DNA of 64,000 bases from Marsupella aquatica (lineage: Eukaryota; Plantae; Marchantiophyta), in the NCBI GenBank assembly GCA_973895155.1, contig OZ316894.1, positions 17,762,563 to 17,826,562 on the forward strand, given 5' to 3'. Below are positions 39,667 through 50,662 of this stretch, piece after piece (position 1 is the first letter of the stretch; the number at the start of each line of letters is the position of its first letter). A program made the position numbers and the translations under genes. The notes under the pieces are model-generated. The model was not told the origin of the DNA. It ran no database searches and worked only from the letters and a program-made list of their open reading frames with translations.

Positions 39667-42600
39667 TGTGATGCCTAGACAGGAATCACTCGGCCAGTTA
39701 AGTGGGTAAAGCAGGAAGGCACCCTAGGAACACCTTAGTATAGGGACAAAACAAGGAAAATATAAACCATTAGGGGCAACCATGGAACCCGGGCCGAGGC
39801 CGGAGGTAAGGACGCTGAGGGTGAAAACTCGATTAGGGTTAGGGCGCGTTAAGCGTCGGCGGCTAGGAAGGATCAACGGGAAGAAGGACCGGCAGAGGAG
39901 AGGGGTAAGGAGCGCTTGCACGAGATGGTGGCTCATTTGCGAGCACGAACTAGGCAGACGACTACGGGAGGCCAACTACTGTCAGCTGCTTAGGCAAGCA
40001 CTCGGGGAGAGAGTAGATACCGACGATCGACCTAAGGAGGGTATGAGCAACATCAATCAAGCGGCACATTTCTGGGGATGCCTGTTCGAACGGGCAACTG
40101 AGTACATCAAGACTTACGAGGACGAGGAATCAGAAAGGGCAGCTCGAGAATGGCAGGAGCTCGCTCGATTGTGGGAGCTGCAGAAGACGGCTTTCTTAGG
40201 AGGCGAACTCATCAAGGACGAGTTCCTGTGGACGCCTACCTCCAATCAACTCGACGATCTTCTGTTTTGCAAAGACAGCGTCGTCGGCATCCGAGAGGCC
40301 ATCAAGAACTGCAACAACATACACTGGGAATTAAAGGATAGCACGGAAAGGTGGACCCAGGCAACGGTGCTAGGAGAAACCTCCACGGCAGCAGAGATGA
40401 AGAGGAAGGGAGCCGTCAACGATGAAGCCACCCCGGCAAAAAGAACGAGGTCGGCGGCACCAAAGAAGCCAGCCGAGCAGCAGAGCAGGAGGCAGGGAGA
40501 AGCCGAAGAGGAGGAGGTCGATCCCATCAAGGCCATTCCAACCAGGGATGACACCTGGAAAGGCTGGGCGGCAACCCTACCGGTGGAAGTGCAACTACAT
40601 TTTGCACGGGAGGAGGATGCATGCTTTACGGCAATGCAGACCAAGAAGTATCAAGGCTTCATGGCCGGATCCAGCTTAGAGGCCTTTGTAAGATTACCAT
40701 GGCTAAAGCCGGAGGTACCGGAGTCAGACCTATTAGAATTCGTGCGGTCATGGGAACCCGAGACCAATTGCACGAGGATATATGGGAAGGATTTCTATCT
40801 TACTCCCAAGGTAATTGCCGAAGTGTTTGGCTTGCCGATAGGCAATAAGACCAAAGTTGATACCAGGAAGACCTTGCCTGACAAGGAGTTCCGGTCGTTC
40901 CCCGGGCCATCAACGAAGAATGGCTTCTTCCGGAACACCTGCACCAACCCGCACATAGGAGAGATGATCGACTTCTTGCGGGTGACCATGCATTGTAACT
41001 TGCCGAGGGCAGAGATCGGCAAGGCACAGGTCTATCTGGCAGAAAGGCCAGACCCAAGCCGGGACTACAACGGGTACCTCCTCAACCAATTGAAGAAGAT
41101 CTTAAAGGAGGAGCAGCAGGTAATCGGCATGGGGAGCGTGTCGCGGCTTGGCTATCACATGCCGCTGTTGTGCCGGTATGCCAGAGGTCAGACTTTTGCC
41201 CCAGTACTTCCCCTGCAGGTAAGGGCACCCGAGGAAGCTCCAACGCCGAGGCCGTTGGCTGAGAAGCCTCAACCACCTGTTAGCCCTACGATCGAGCAGG
41301 TGTCTAGGCCCAGGAAGGAGGACTTGCCGATGCAGCAACCAGGCATGCAGAGTCTGCTGAAACTACTGAGGAAAGAAAAGAAATCAGCATCGGCAACAAC
41401 AACGGCAACGGCAACAATGCAGGACACTACTACAGAGGTAGGCCTACACCGGCTCACAAGAGAAAACCCCTTTGTTGGAGACAAGGAGAGAATCAGGCCG
41501 GAATCCAAGCCAGGTGTTCGAATGTATGTGGGAATCTCAAGCTCCGAATCTGAGGCAGAATTGCCTGAAGCTCCTACCGACGAAGAGGAGAGGGAGAAGC
41601 CGGACGTCCAAGAAGTAGAGGAGGCAGTGGAGGACTGCAGCCATGATAATTCCGGCTATGGGTCGGACCATCACGTTCCAGGAGTAAGGACCTGTGGCCG
41701 GTTTGTCCCCACACTTCCAAGGGTAGTGCAAGGGGACCCCAACCAGCAGAGTAGCCCTGAGTCTCCCCCACCAGATGTTGCTCCCCCGAGCTTTGACGGC
41801 ATAAAACAGATGGTGCAAGAATTTCAGGAGCGAATCAGGCAAGAAGAGGAGGCAGCCATGGCTAGGGAAAAGGATTTACCAGGAGGAGATTGGCCGGAGG
41901 ACATCAGGCGGCTAGCCAAAAAAGGAAGCAAACCTCTAGCCACGATTGAAGAGATCCGCAAGACGGCTTGGGAGCAGAGGCCGCGATGGGCGATGCCGAT
42001 CACTTCTACTTACTCCACCTACGCTAAGAATAGAGCCATGGAGTATGGTGAGATGTGTGGGGAACTTGCGCTCGGCATCTTTGGAGAGGAGTTGGAGGTA
42101 GGACCCTTTTTCCATAGGGAGCAGTTGGAGAAGCACCAATTAGAAGAAGCGGTGGCTTTAGAGAGAAGCAAGAAGGACGAGGTCATTCGGCGGCTTAGGA
42201 GGATGGAAGCCGAGATTGAAGATCTAAGGGCGGCCAAGAAAGCCCAAGATGAACTGCGGATTAAACGGCATGAGCTGAACATCATGCAGGGGCAGTTGGA
42301 CACCGTGCAGGCTGATAATCAGAATATCAAGGATAAACTGACTCAGACGCAGGGAGAGTTGGCCGACACGATCAAAGAGAGGGAGAAGTGGAAGCAAGAG
42401 TTGAAGAATACAGAGGAGGCCCACATAACAGCCAACAGCCGGGCCATGGCGGAGACCCAAAGAAAGGAATGGGCGTTGAAGGGGGAGCTCGAGAAAATCC
42501 GCGGAGCCCTTGAGCAGAAGGAGGCCGAGTTAGGGAAATCCTATCAAGGGATTATGGCGCTGCAGCAGGAGCTTGCGTCCCTGACGGCCAGCTTCAAGGC

Positions 42601-44329
42601 CGACCTAAGGGAGAAGGATGAGATGCTCGATCAGACTTACGCCAAGATGAACCAGATGGAGTCTGTCATCATTGCAGAGCTCGACAAGGAGCTAAGAGCA
42701 ACCCGGGAGGAGAGGACTACCTTGAAACAAGAACGGGAGGAAGCCCAGAAGGAACTAGAGGAGGCGTGCAAGGACCTGGATGAGACCCAGGAGGAGTTGG
42801 AGGAAATCACGAGGAAGATGGAGAACCTCCAGCGGCGGGCCGACAACCAAACGGAGCGGCTGAAGAAACAAGCCGCAGTATTTAAGTGCTTGTCTTCATC
42901 AGGCCCAACTCCAATTGGGGCAACCAAGTTACCAGGAGTGGTACTGGCCGAAGAAAAAGCCGCGCCACCTGCACCAGTGCCGGAAGTAAGTGGGAAGGGG
43001 AAGGGACCAGCTGCCGAACCAGAAAAGAAGAAAAAGCGGAAACCTTCAGGGTCAAGGAGTAATCCAACTCCACAAGCCGTGGTGACCAAGGAGGTAGAAC
43101 CAGCACCATCCTCCGACATGAATACGGCAATAGATCCCGCTATCATCACAGGTGGGGGTGGTGCGGCCCAAGCCGAACTACTCAGTAATGAGGCCGGTAT
43201 TCCAGATCCGCCTCTTGAGCAGGCCGGGGAGACCGTAGCCGAGGCTGAGGCCGTAACCGATTCCCGAACCGATGCCGACGCCGATGGTGGACCCAGTCAG
43301 GCCGATGGAGAGTTGACTTAGTCAAGGGCAGGTAATCTGTCAGAGAATGAACCTACGGCAGTGGCTGAGGAGGAAGCGTTGGGGGCGTCCATTAAGGATC
43401 CTCCACCGGTGTCGTGACGGTGCAAGGGCGCCATTCCTTTTAGGGAGGGCGGACGTGGAGGGAGGAGGCGTGAGTGGGCAGGGCGGGCGCTGATCTCCAA
43501 GTTTAGGATTAGGATCAGGACCAGGAGCGGCCCTGACACTTAGCTTAGTGGGATTGCGGTTCCACTGGTAGGAGCAACACTTGTGCTCCTGCCTTGCTGT
43601 ACATAGGTAGATTCGGGCAAGTAGATTACTGTTAGGTAGATTAGGCTTACGATGCAAAGAATGGCGGATCCACTACCAGGATAAGTACCTGGGCAGCGGG
43701 GAGCTCAGGGCCTCTTCTTTAGCAAGTTTTTAGTTTGCACCAGCCGGGCTGGGATCAAGTAGGACGAGAAGCTCTCGGTTAGTCATACAGTGACCCTTGT
43801 GTATATTCATGTTTCCTCATGCCTAAGAGCTGAATAGAGTTGGCCTCACGGCTTAGTTCGTAGAGCTTGTGTATGAGATGTACTGTTTGTATGGCAAGTG
43901 CATGGTATGACTCAGTCAGAATGAGTCATTTTGCTATTTGTGTGTCGCATTAACTTGTGTGAAGAGTGCCCACATCAACCAAAAGGAAGGAAAGTAAGCA
44001 GGGGAGTGAGAGTTGGATGTGTCGAGCTGAGAGAGGTCTTAGCGGCTTAACCAAGCCTATTGGGGATCATTCCGGCGACGGAATCCAAACATACCTAACA
44101 AGACGGAGGGGAAGATAGGGGAAGGCCTAGATTAGGCCGGCTACGTATCTCATGACCCGATGAAGGATCTATCCAGTATATGTGTGTAAAATGTTAACAG
44201 TAGTAGTAGAAGGTTAGCAGCGTCCCATGCCGCTAAGCCGTGGAAATGGCCTCGCCAAGCGCGAAACCTGCGGGAATCGGCTTGAGCTGGGGGGTTTCTT
44301 GGGTTTAGGGAGCCATGGGACGCACCACA
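39667..44329. mobile_element. 4663-bp nested insertion with LTR-type ends (candidate ORF-carrying solo LTR)
   Basis: Starts TGTGATGC and ends GCACCACA (7/8 inverted match). CCTGG TSD at 39662-39666 and 44330-44334, single copy in the intact LTR. No internal repeat of either end found by eye. Confidence 0.9.
39782..43321 (+). CDS. 1179-aa intronless TE-associated protein: PMD/plant-transposon-like motif, Pro-rich and acidic linker, long coiled coil, basic NLS-like patches
   Basis: Uninterrupted 3540-nt ORF. LLEFVRSWEPETNCTRIYGKDFYLTPKVIAEVFGLPIG at ~40730-40843, E/K/Q/L heptad-rich region at ~42120-42880, KRKG..PAKRTR and EKKKKRK. The true start may be the ATG at 40043. Confidence 0.8.
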   Translation: MEPGPRPEVRTLRVKTRLGLGRVKRRRLGRINGKKDRQRRGVRSACTRWWLICEHELGRRLREANYCQLLRQALGERVDTDDRPKEGMSNINQAAHFWGCLFERATEYIKTYEDEESERAAREWQELARLWELQKTAFLGGELIKDEFLWTPTSNQLDDLLFCKDSVVGIREAIKNCNNIHWELKDSTERWTQATVLGETSTAAEMKRKGAVNDEATPAKRTRSAAPKKPAEQQSRRQGEAEEEEVDPIKAIPTRDDTWKGWAATLPVEVQLHFAREEDACFTAMQTKKYQGFMAGSSLEAFVRLPWLKPEVPESDLLEFVRSWEPETNCTRIYGKDFYLTPKVIAEVFGLPIGNKTKVDTRKTLPDKEFRSFPGPSTKNGFFRNTCTNPHIGEMIDFLRVTMHCNLPRAEIGKAQVYLAERPDPSRDYNGYLLNQLKKILKEEQQVIGMGSVSRLGYHMPLLCRYARGQTFAPVLPLQVRAPEEAPTPRPLAEKPQPPVSPTIEQVSRPRKEDLPMQQPGMQSLLKLLRKEKKSASATTTATATMQDTTTEVGLHRLTRENPFVGDKERIRPESKPGVRMYVGISSSESEAELPEAPTDEEEREKPDVQEVEEAVEDCSHDNSGYGSDHHVPGVRTCGRFVPTLPRVVQGDPNQQSSPESPPPDVAPPSFDGIKQMVQEFQERIRQEEEAAMAREKDLPGGDWPEDIRRLAKKGSKPLATIEEIRKTAWEQRPRWAMPITSTYSTYAKNRAMEYGEMCGELALGIFGEELEVGPFFHREQLEKHQLEEAVALERSKKDEVIRRLRRMEAEIEDLRAAKKAQDELRIKRHELNIMQGQLDTVQADNQNIKDKLTQTQGELADTIKEREKWKQELKNTEEAHITANSRAMAETQRKEWALKGELEKIRGALEQKEAELGKSYQGIMALQQELASLTASFKADLREKDEMLDQTYAKMNQMESVIIAELDKELRATREERTTLKQEREEAQKELEEACKDLDETQEELEEITRKMENLQRRADNQTERLKKQAAVFKCLSSSGPTPIGATKLPGVVLAEEKAAPPAPVPEVSGKGKGPAAEPEKKKKRKPSGSRSNPTPQAVVTKEVEPAPSSDMNTAIDPAIITGGGGAAQAELLSNEAGIPDPPLEQAGETVAEAEAVTDSRTDADADGGPSQADGELT

Positions 44330-44334
44330 CCTGG

Positions 44335-44437
44335 CTATATGCACAATAGCACTACCGCTAACATTAGCTAAGTCCTAACCCGAGTTAGACTAACTATGGT
44401 TAGCTCATGAGTCACAAGACTAGAGCAATATCTAACA
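44335..44437 (-). repeat. Copia 3' LTR, second part (103 bp)
   Basis: Matches 50904-51006 except for 1 substitution. 241+103 = 344 bp. Confidence 0.96.
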
Positions 44438-44448
44438 AACTCCCCCTT
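44438..44448 (-). promoter_or_regulatory. Polypurine tract of the copia element
   Basis: Minus-strand AAGGGGGAGTT immediately precedes the 3' LTR TG. Confidence 0.9.
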
Positions 44449-44644
44449 GACTCTTGTCTTGGGGACTAGACTAAATGCTACCATATGGAATCCTCAGCGG
44501 GAAGTTCTAGACAATCACCAAACCAGGTCTCCCCCTAAAAACCACAAGGGTTAACTAAGGGTTAACTAGAACTAAGTCGTAGCCAAACAGGAATGAGTAA
44601 TCCATATACAAATAGTCACACATTGCTAAATAACTCTACTTGCA

Positions 44645-47600
44645 CTACAACTGCAAAACCTGCAAAGTAGCACGGTGTCTTGAGAAACTCTCCAAAGGAA
44701 TCACTTTGGTAAAGGCATCGGCGGGATTGAGCTTTCCATCAATCTTGACTAGCTCAAAAGTTTTATCAGACACTGCTTGCCTGATAAAATGGTACTTGAT
44801 ATCAATGTGCTTCACCCTGCTATCCATCACCTGGTTAGCAGCCAAGTGAAGAGCACTCTGACTATCACAGTTTAGAGTCATTTTGCCATGCTCTAAATCC
44901 ATCTCCGCGATCAACTTGTCCAACCAAATTGCTTCCTTTGCTGCTTCTGCTGCTACAACATACTCTGCTTCTGTAGTAGACTGAGATATGCACTTCTGCA
45001 AGGTAGATTTCCAACTGATACATCCTCCTCCAAGAGTGTATACAAACCCAGTTGTAGACCTCCTTGTATCCAGACAACCTCCATAGTCAGAATCTACATA
45101 GCCAACTAACGTTCTATCTGATCTGTTATTAAATAGTAATCCATAGTCCTGTGTACCCTTCAGATACTTGAGAATCCACTTCACAGCTTCCCAATGTACC
45201 TTCCCTGGATTTGACATGAATCTGCTGACCTTGCCCATCGCTAGGGCCAAGTCAGGCCTAGTACAAGTCATCAAATACATCAGACTGCCTACTGCCTTCT
45301 CATAAGGAATCTTAGCCATCAGACCTTTCTCCACAGCATTCGTAGGAGAGAAAGCCGATGATAACTTGAAATGTGAAGCTAAAGGAATACTCACTGGCTT
45401 ACAGTTCTCCATGTTGAATTGTGCAAGTACTTTCCTCGCATACTGGCCTTGACTCAAGCACAACTGTCCAGTCTCAGAGTTCCTAAAAATCTCCATCCCT
45501 AAGATCTTCTTGGCCTTACCAAGATCCTTCATCCTGAATTCAGCGCTCAATTTTGCCTTGAGACTGTCAACCTTAGATTGATCTTTAGCCACAATTAGCA
45601 TGTCATCCACATAGATCACCAGAATGATGAAACCAAATACATCATTCTTGATTGATTTCGTATACACACAAGGATCATACACCATCCTTGTAAAACCTTG
45701 AGCAAGCATGAAATCATCAAACCGCTTGTTCCACTGTCTGGAAGACTGCTTCAATCCATACAAGGATTTGAGCAATCTGCAAACTAAGTTCTCTTGGCCC
45801 TTCTTCATAAAGCCTAGTGGCTGTCTCATGAAGATCATCTCTTCCAAGTTGCCATAGAGAAAAGCAGTAACAACATTCATCTGATCCATCACCAGATTAA
45901 GAAACACAACAAGCTGACACAAGATCCGAATTGTGGAATACTTAGCCACCGGTGAAAAGACCTCATTGTAATCCACTCCTTTCTCCTGAGTGAATCCCTT
46001 GGCAACAAGCCTTGCCTTGTAAATCTTATCTCCACCCTCTGAAAGACTGTCCTTCAACTTGTAAATCCACTTGCTGTCCACCACTTGCTGACCTCTTGGA
46101 AGCTCCACCAGCTCCCAAGTCTTGTTGTCACTCAAAGATTGCAACTCCCTTTGCATTGCTGCATTCCACTCATGCTTCTGCTCTGAAGCACAAGCCTCAC
46201 TATACGAAGAAGGCTCTCCTTCTTCCAAGATCAAAGCCATATCATCTTCATCAGGTGCAATGTCAATATCATCTAGCTTAGATGAGTCTGCCCATTGACC
46301 ATACCTGGTAGGAGCACTAGTAGAACGACTGGAAGTTCTTCTAGTAGATGACTCAGGCTGATCTGTTGCTGCTGCTGGTTGAATTTGAGGTACCCCAACA
46401 ACAATTTGCTCCTCTTGTTCCATCACAGGAACCAGCTCCAAGCCCGGAGCTTCTCCATCTCTCCTGTCATGAACTGCATCATGACTAATCTCCCCCTCAA
46501 CCCGGTCCGGGATGGGAGATTTCCCCTTGTCAGTCTGGGAGTCCTGAGAACTCTCCCCCTCCTTTGATGATCTGGACTCATTAAAGGACACATCTCTACT
46601 GATAATTAACTTATAGGTTACTGGATCTCATAACCTATAACCCTTCACACCTTTCTGATAGCCAAGGAAAATGCACTTCTTTGACTTGGACTCCAGCTTG
46701 GATCGAAGCTGAGAAGGTGTAAGCACATAAGCATCACATCCAAAAATCCTCAGATGTGAGTAATCTGCTGGACGCCCGTACCTCATTTCAAATGGCGTCT
46801 TGAATCCAATAGAACTGGATGGAGAAAAATTTACCAAATAAGCTGCAGTGTTGACAGCTTCAGCCCAAAACTCATGTGGTAAGCATGATTGACTCAACAT
46901 ACTCCTCGAGCGGTCCAATAGTGTTCGGTTGAGTCTCTCAGAAACACCATTCTGCTGAGGAGTATAACTTGTTGTGAGATGGCGGGTAATCCCCTGCTCC
47001 TTACAATACGTTCCAAATTCCCCGGAATTGTATTCACCGCCATTATCCGATCGAAGATATCTCACCTTATTACCAGTCTGATTCTCAACTCGGGCTTTCC
47101 ACTCCTTAAAAGTGGCAAAAACATCAGACTTATTATGTAGAAAGTATATCCACACATACCTTGAGTAATCGTCTATGAACGTGACATAGTAAAACCGTCC
47201 AGAATGTGAGGGAGTAGGGGCTGGACCCCACACATCACTATGCACATACTCAAGTACCTCCTTGCTGGTGTGAGTTCCAACTCTGAAGGGTTTCCTGTGC
47301 TGCTTCCCTAGCACACAGTGCTCACAAAATTCCAACTTACAAGATTGCAAATTAGAAAGTAATCCTTTCTTCTGAAGAATAACCAAACCTTTTTCACTCA
47401 TGTGGCCCAAACAGAAGTGCCACAGCCGGGCCGTCTCCTCATGAGATAAGGTTACATTGGCTTCATCACAAACTACACAGCCCTCCAAAACGTATAGATT
47501 GCTATGTCTCTTTCCCTTCAATACAACTTTAATACCAGTTGAAACCTGAAGGACACCATTACCAGAACTCCACTGATGGCCATTTGCTTCTAAAACTCCA

Positions 47601-48919
47601 AGTGAAATGAGATTTTTCATCATCCTGGGAATGTGTCTCACATTCCTCAACGTTCTTACAGCACCATCAAACATATGAAATCTTACAGATCCAAGTCCAA
47701 CAACTTGACATGGGATTCCATTTCCCATCAACACTTACCCGTTGGAAACCGTGTAAGAACTGAAAAAATCTCTCCTAGAGTAAATGTGAAAAGTACATGC
47801 ACTATCTAGAATCCAGTCATCACTACCTGGATTTGACACTACGTTGAGAGCATAACCTTGGCATCACAATATGTCATCATCATCGAGTAAATCTACCTCA
47901 TGCGAGCTCGATGCCGCGTTAGCAGATGCAGTAGGGTTCTTTACTCGACAATCCCTTTTCATGTGGCCTGGCTTGCCACAATTCCAACATGGAAGAGGCT
48001 TCCTCTCTTGCGATTTCCCTCTGGATTTAGATCTCCCCCGTGATGTAGATCTAAACCTGTTCTGCCCATTTGAGCGTTGCGCTGCTCTTCCCCTGTTCAC
48101 ATTGAGCGCAGTGCCAGAAGAAGATGCTGTCTGTGATTGACCCAACTTCTTCTGAGCATCATCAGACAGCAAGGAGCTCACCACCTCATTATACGAAATG
48201 GACTTCAGATCTCTATACAAGAGCACATGTTTCAAGCCCTGATATGACGGCGGTAAGGAGCTTAGCAGAAGCAAGGCCTTATCCTCATCTTCAACTCCTT
48301 TTCCCAGGTTTGACAGATCCACCACTAGACTGTCAAATTCATCTAGATGATCCTGCATCTTGCTCCCTTCCTTGAGCCTGAGGCTCATCAAGAGAGACTT
48401 CTTGTACAGCCGGTCTGACGCATCTTCTCGGTAGTACTTCTCTCTTAGAGCCTTGAACAGTGATGCGCAATCCGCATAATCATCCAGCTGCTTGATGATG
48501 TGCGGCTTCAGATAAAGCATCACTACATTGACAGCAATCACCTGCTCCTGTCTCCACTGTCTCACAGAATTCTCCTCCTCTCCATCATACTGCTCTCGCG
48601 AAGAGAGTAGATGAGCTAAGCCCATGGCCCGAAGAACACCCTTCACTTGCTTCTCCCAGAGCAAGTAATCAGTACGACCATCGTACTTCTCCACCTCAAA
48701 CTTTACTCCTCCGAATCTAGCCATCTCCCTCTTCTTCCCCACTACCGATAGCTCTGGTAATAACACAGCTTCCTCCATTGCACGCCGCACCGGTGATCGT
48801 ACCGGTGTCACTAGTTCTTCCTCAAACGGTAGCAGCTCCTCCTCAGACTCTCCGTCTGACCGTCGCGATCCTGAAGCTCCACCGATGCCAATTCTTCCAG
48901 TATCCTCCGAGTCACTCAT
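44645..48919 (-). pseudogene. Copia gag-pol polyprotein in a single frame broken by three in-frame stops
   Basis: Gag KFEVEKYDG..YLLW and CWNCGKPGHMKRDC, protease WILDSACTFH, integrase HHCC plus VHSDVWGP/LRSDNGGEY/PQQNGVSER/KGYRL, RT YKARLVAKGFTQ and YVDD, RNase H GYVDSDYGG/STTEAEY. Stops at 47864-47866 (TGA), 47738-47740 (TAA) and 46628-46630 (TGA in GYRL[W]DP). Confidence 0.95.
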
Positions 48920-50648
48920 ATGAAACAATCACGAAAAAACGTCTTTTTTTGAAACTTCTCATAAAACTCAAAACTCAATACCACCGCGTAGCCCACGAAG
49001 CTAGGAGTCCAATACTGAAAGCCGAAATCAAAATCGAAATTTGACGGAAAAGTTATTCAAATTTCGGTCGGGGTGGGTAAAACCTTGGGAAACTCCCCCG
49101 TTTTGACCACCTCGGAGAATAACCAAAATACCCAGTACAACCCTTCGTCGGAATCGCAATGTGATCGGTGCGCCTCGTTGCTAACTCCAGTGGCAACGTT
49201 CTTGCCAAAAAAGAACCAAAAAAAAGTTACCATTTGGCGGACGGAATCTTTGTCGGACGGCCGAAAAACAGCTCTCTGTTTTTCGGGAATATTCCCGCAC
49301 AGTACAGCAGGTCTCACAGGGGGCCGTTCCCCCTGTCAGAGCGGTTAAAACGGAGGGCGGCAGGTCCCGGCACCAAGAGGAAAAACAAGAGGAAAGAAAA
49401 AAGCTTTAAAAAGGGCCTTAAGGGGGTCAAAACGCCCTTTATACCCTAAAATACAGGTATATAAAAAAAAGGGAGTAGACGCGTATCGGGCCGGGCATTT
49501 ACAAAGGAAAACCAGGGAAAATGGAAATTTAAAAGCACCCTAAAGGGGGTGATAAGCCCCTTAAATCGAAATACACCCCGTATGGGGTCGCAATGTACAG
49601 AGTCCGGGCGTAAGAGGGGCGTACAGGGTGCGGGGGCCGGGCAAGTAGGGGTGCCGGATACGGGGTGCCAGGGACAAACCCTCGCCATGCGCCGGGGAGG
49701 GGCGTCGGCAGCTTTGGAGGGCCGCGAAAGGGGTGGGCAGGCGAGCGCAAGGCCGGAGGTGGGGAGGCGGTCGCGAAGGGCACCCGGCGAGCGCCCGGTC
49801 GCGCGTGAGGCGCCGGCCGGCGCTGCGTGGTGCGACTAAAAAAAAACGCGAAGGCGGGGGGGAGTATCGGGGTCGGGGGGAGTCCGTGTGTTTATACACA
49901 CGATTGTGTGTATAAGCACACACAAGGGGTTAAACCCTTTTAAATGCAAAAATGACCCCCCGGGAAAACAAAATAAAAAACTCACCTTGATAAGCTGTTG
50001 TTTGAGACAAGGAAAGTGAATGCCGCCGACGGTAAAAGTGGCCGAATTTCACCGGCACAGTCTGCTGCTCCAGCAGAGACTAAACTTTTCGTCGCGTCGC
50101 CTTCACTCCACGTGAAGTGCCAATCCCGGGCTCAAAACGACCGCCTCGCCACGATCAAAACGTTGAGCCGTAGCACTTCACGTTTCTTCCACCAAGTCGG
50201 ACGTCACGAAGGGAAACCCGGTTCAGTTGAGAACAAGCTCCATAGCTTGTGAGAAAACCTGAACGCCTCCTTCACTCGTCACGACACACTCGGTAACAAC
50301 TCGGCCGCAATTCAACTAATGAAATGACCAGCTCGCTTCAAGCTTCAACTTGAGCTAAAATGTGCGATCCCTCCCGCACCGCACGGCTCACACCGTTGAA
50401 AAATGCGATCTCTGGTCTCTCCCCTAAAAAGCCGTCGAACACGAATAAAACCTGAACGATGCAAATTTCAATTCCTCCGCACCACGGATACCGATCAGCG
50501 AGTTCTAACCACCGTTAGAAAGCCCTCTCACTAACCTATCCGCACAGCCACACACATTCGAGTTTCGTGCGATGAAACTCTGAATGTACCATCGACAATG
50601 AACGCTGGAAAAACCTATCACGAAAAAACCTCATCACCTCCCAGGCAT

Positions 50649-50660
50649 GCTCTGATACCA
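50649..50660 (-). promoter_or_regulatory. Primer binding site (tRNA-iMet)
   Basis: Minus-strand TGGTATCAGAGC, 2 nt inside the 5' LTR. Confidence 0.95.
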
Positions 50661-50662
50661 CT

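Noticed and set aside
40246-43149. Minus-strand ORFs overlapping the 1179-aa ORF
   Set aside because: Ser/Phe/Leu-rich antisense shadows of an E/K-rich coding strand.
39782-43321. Envelope-like gene of the copia element, or a host SMC/myosin gene
   Set aside because: It lies inside a separately inserted TSD-flanked unit within the LTR and is absent from the other LTR. It has no obvious TM segments, Walker motifs or introns.
39667-44329. Autonomous DNA transposon or complete small LTR element (TRIM/LARD)
   Set aside because: The inverted match is only 8 bp, there is no DDE motif, and I saw no terminal direct repeats or PBS.
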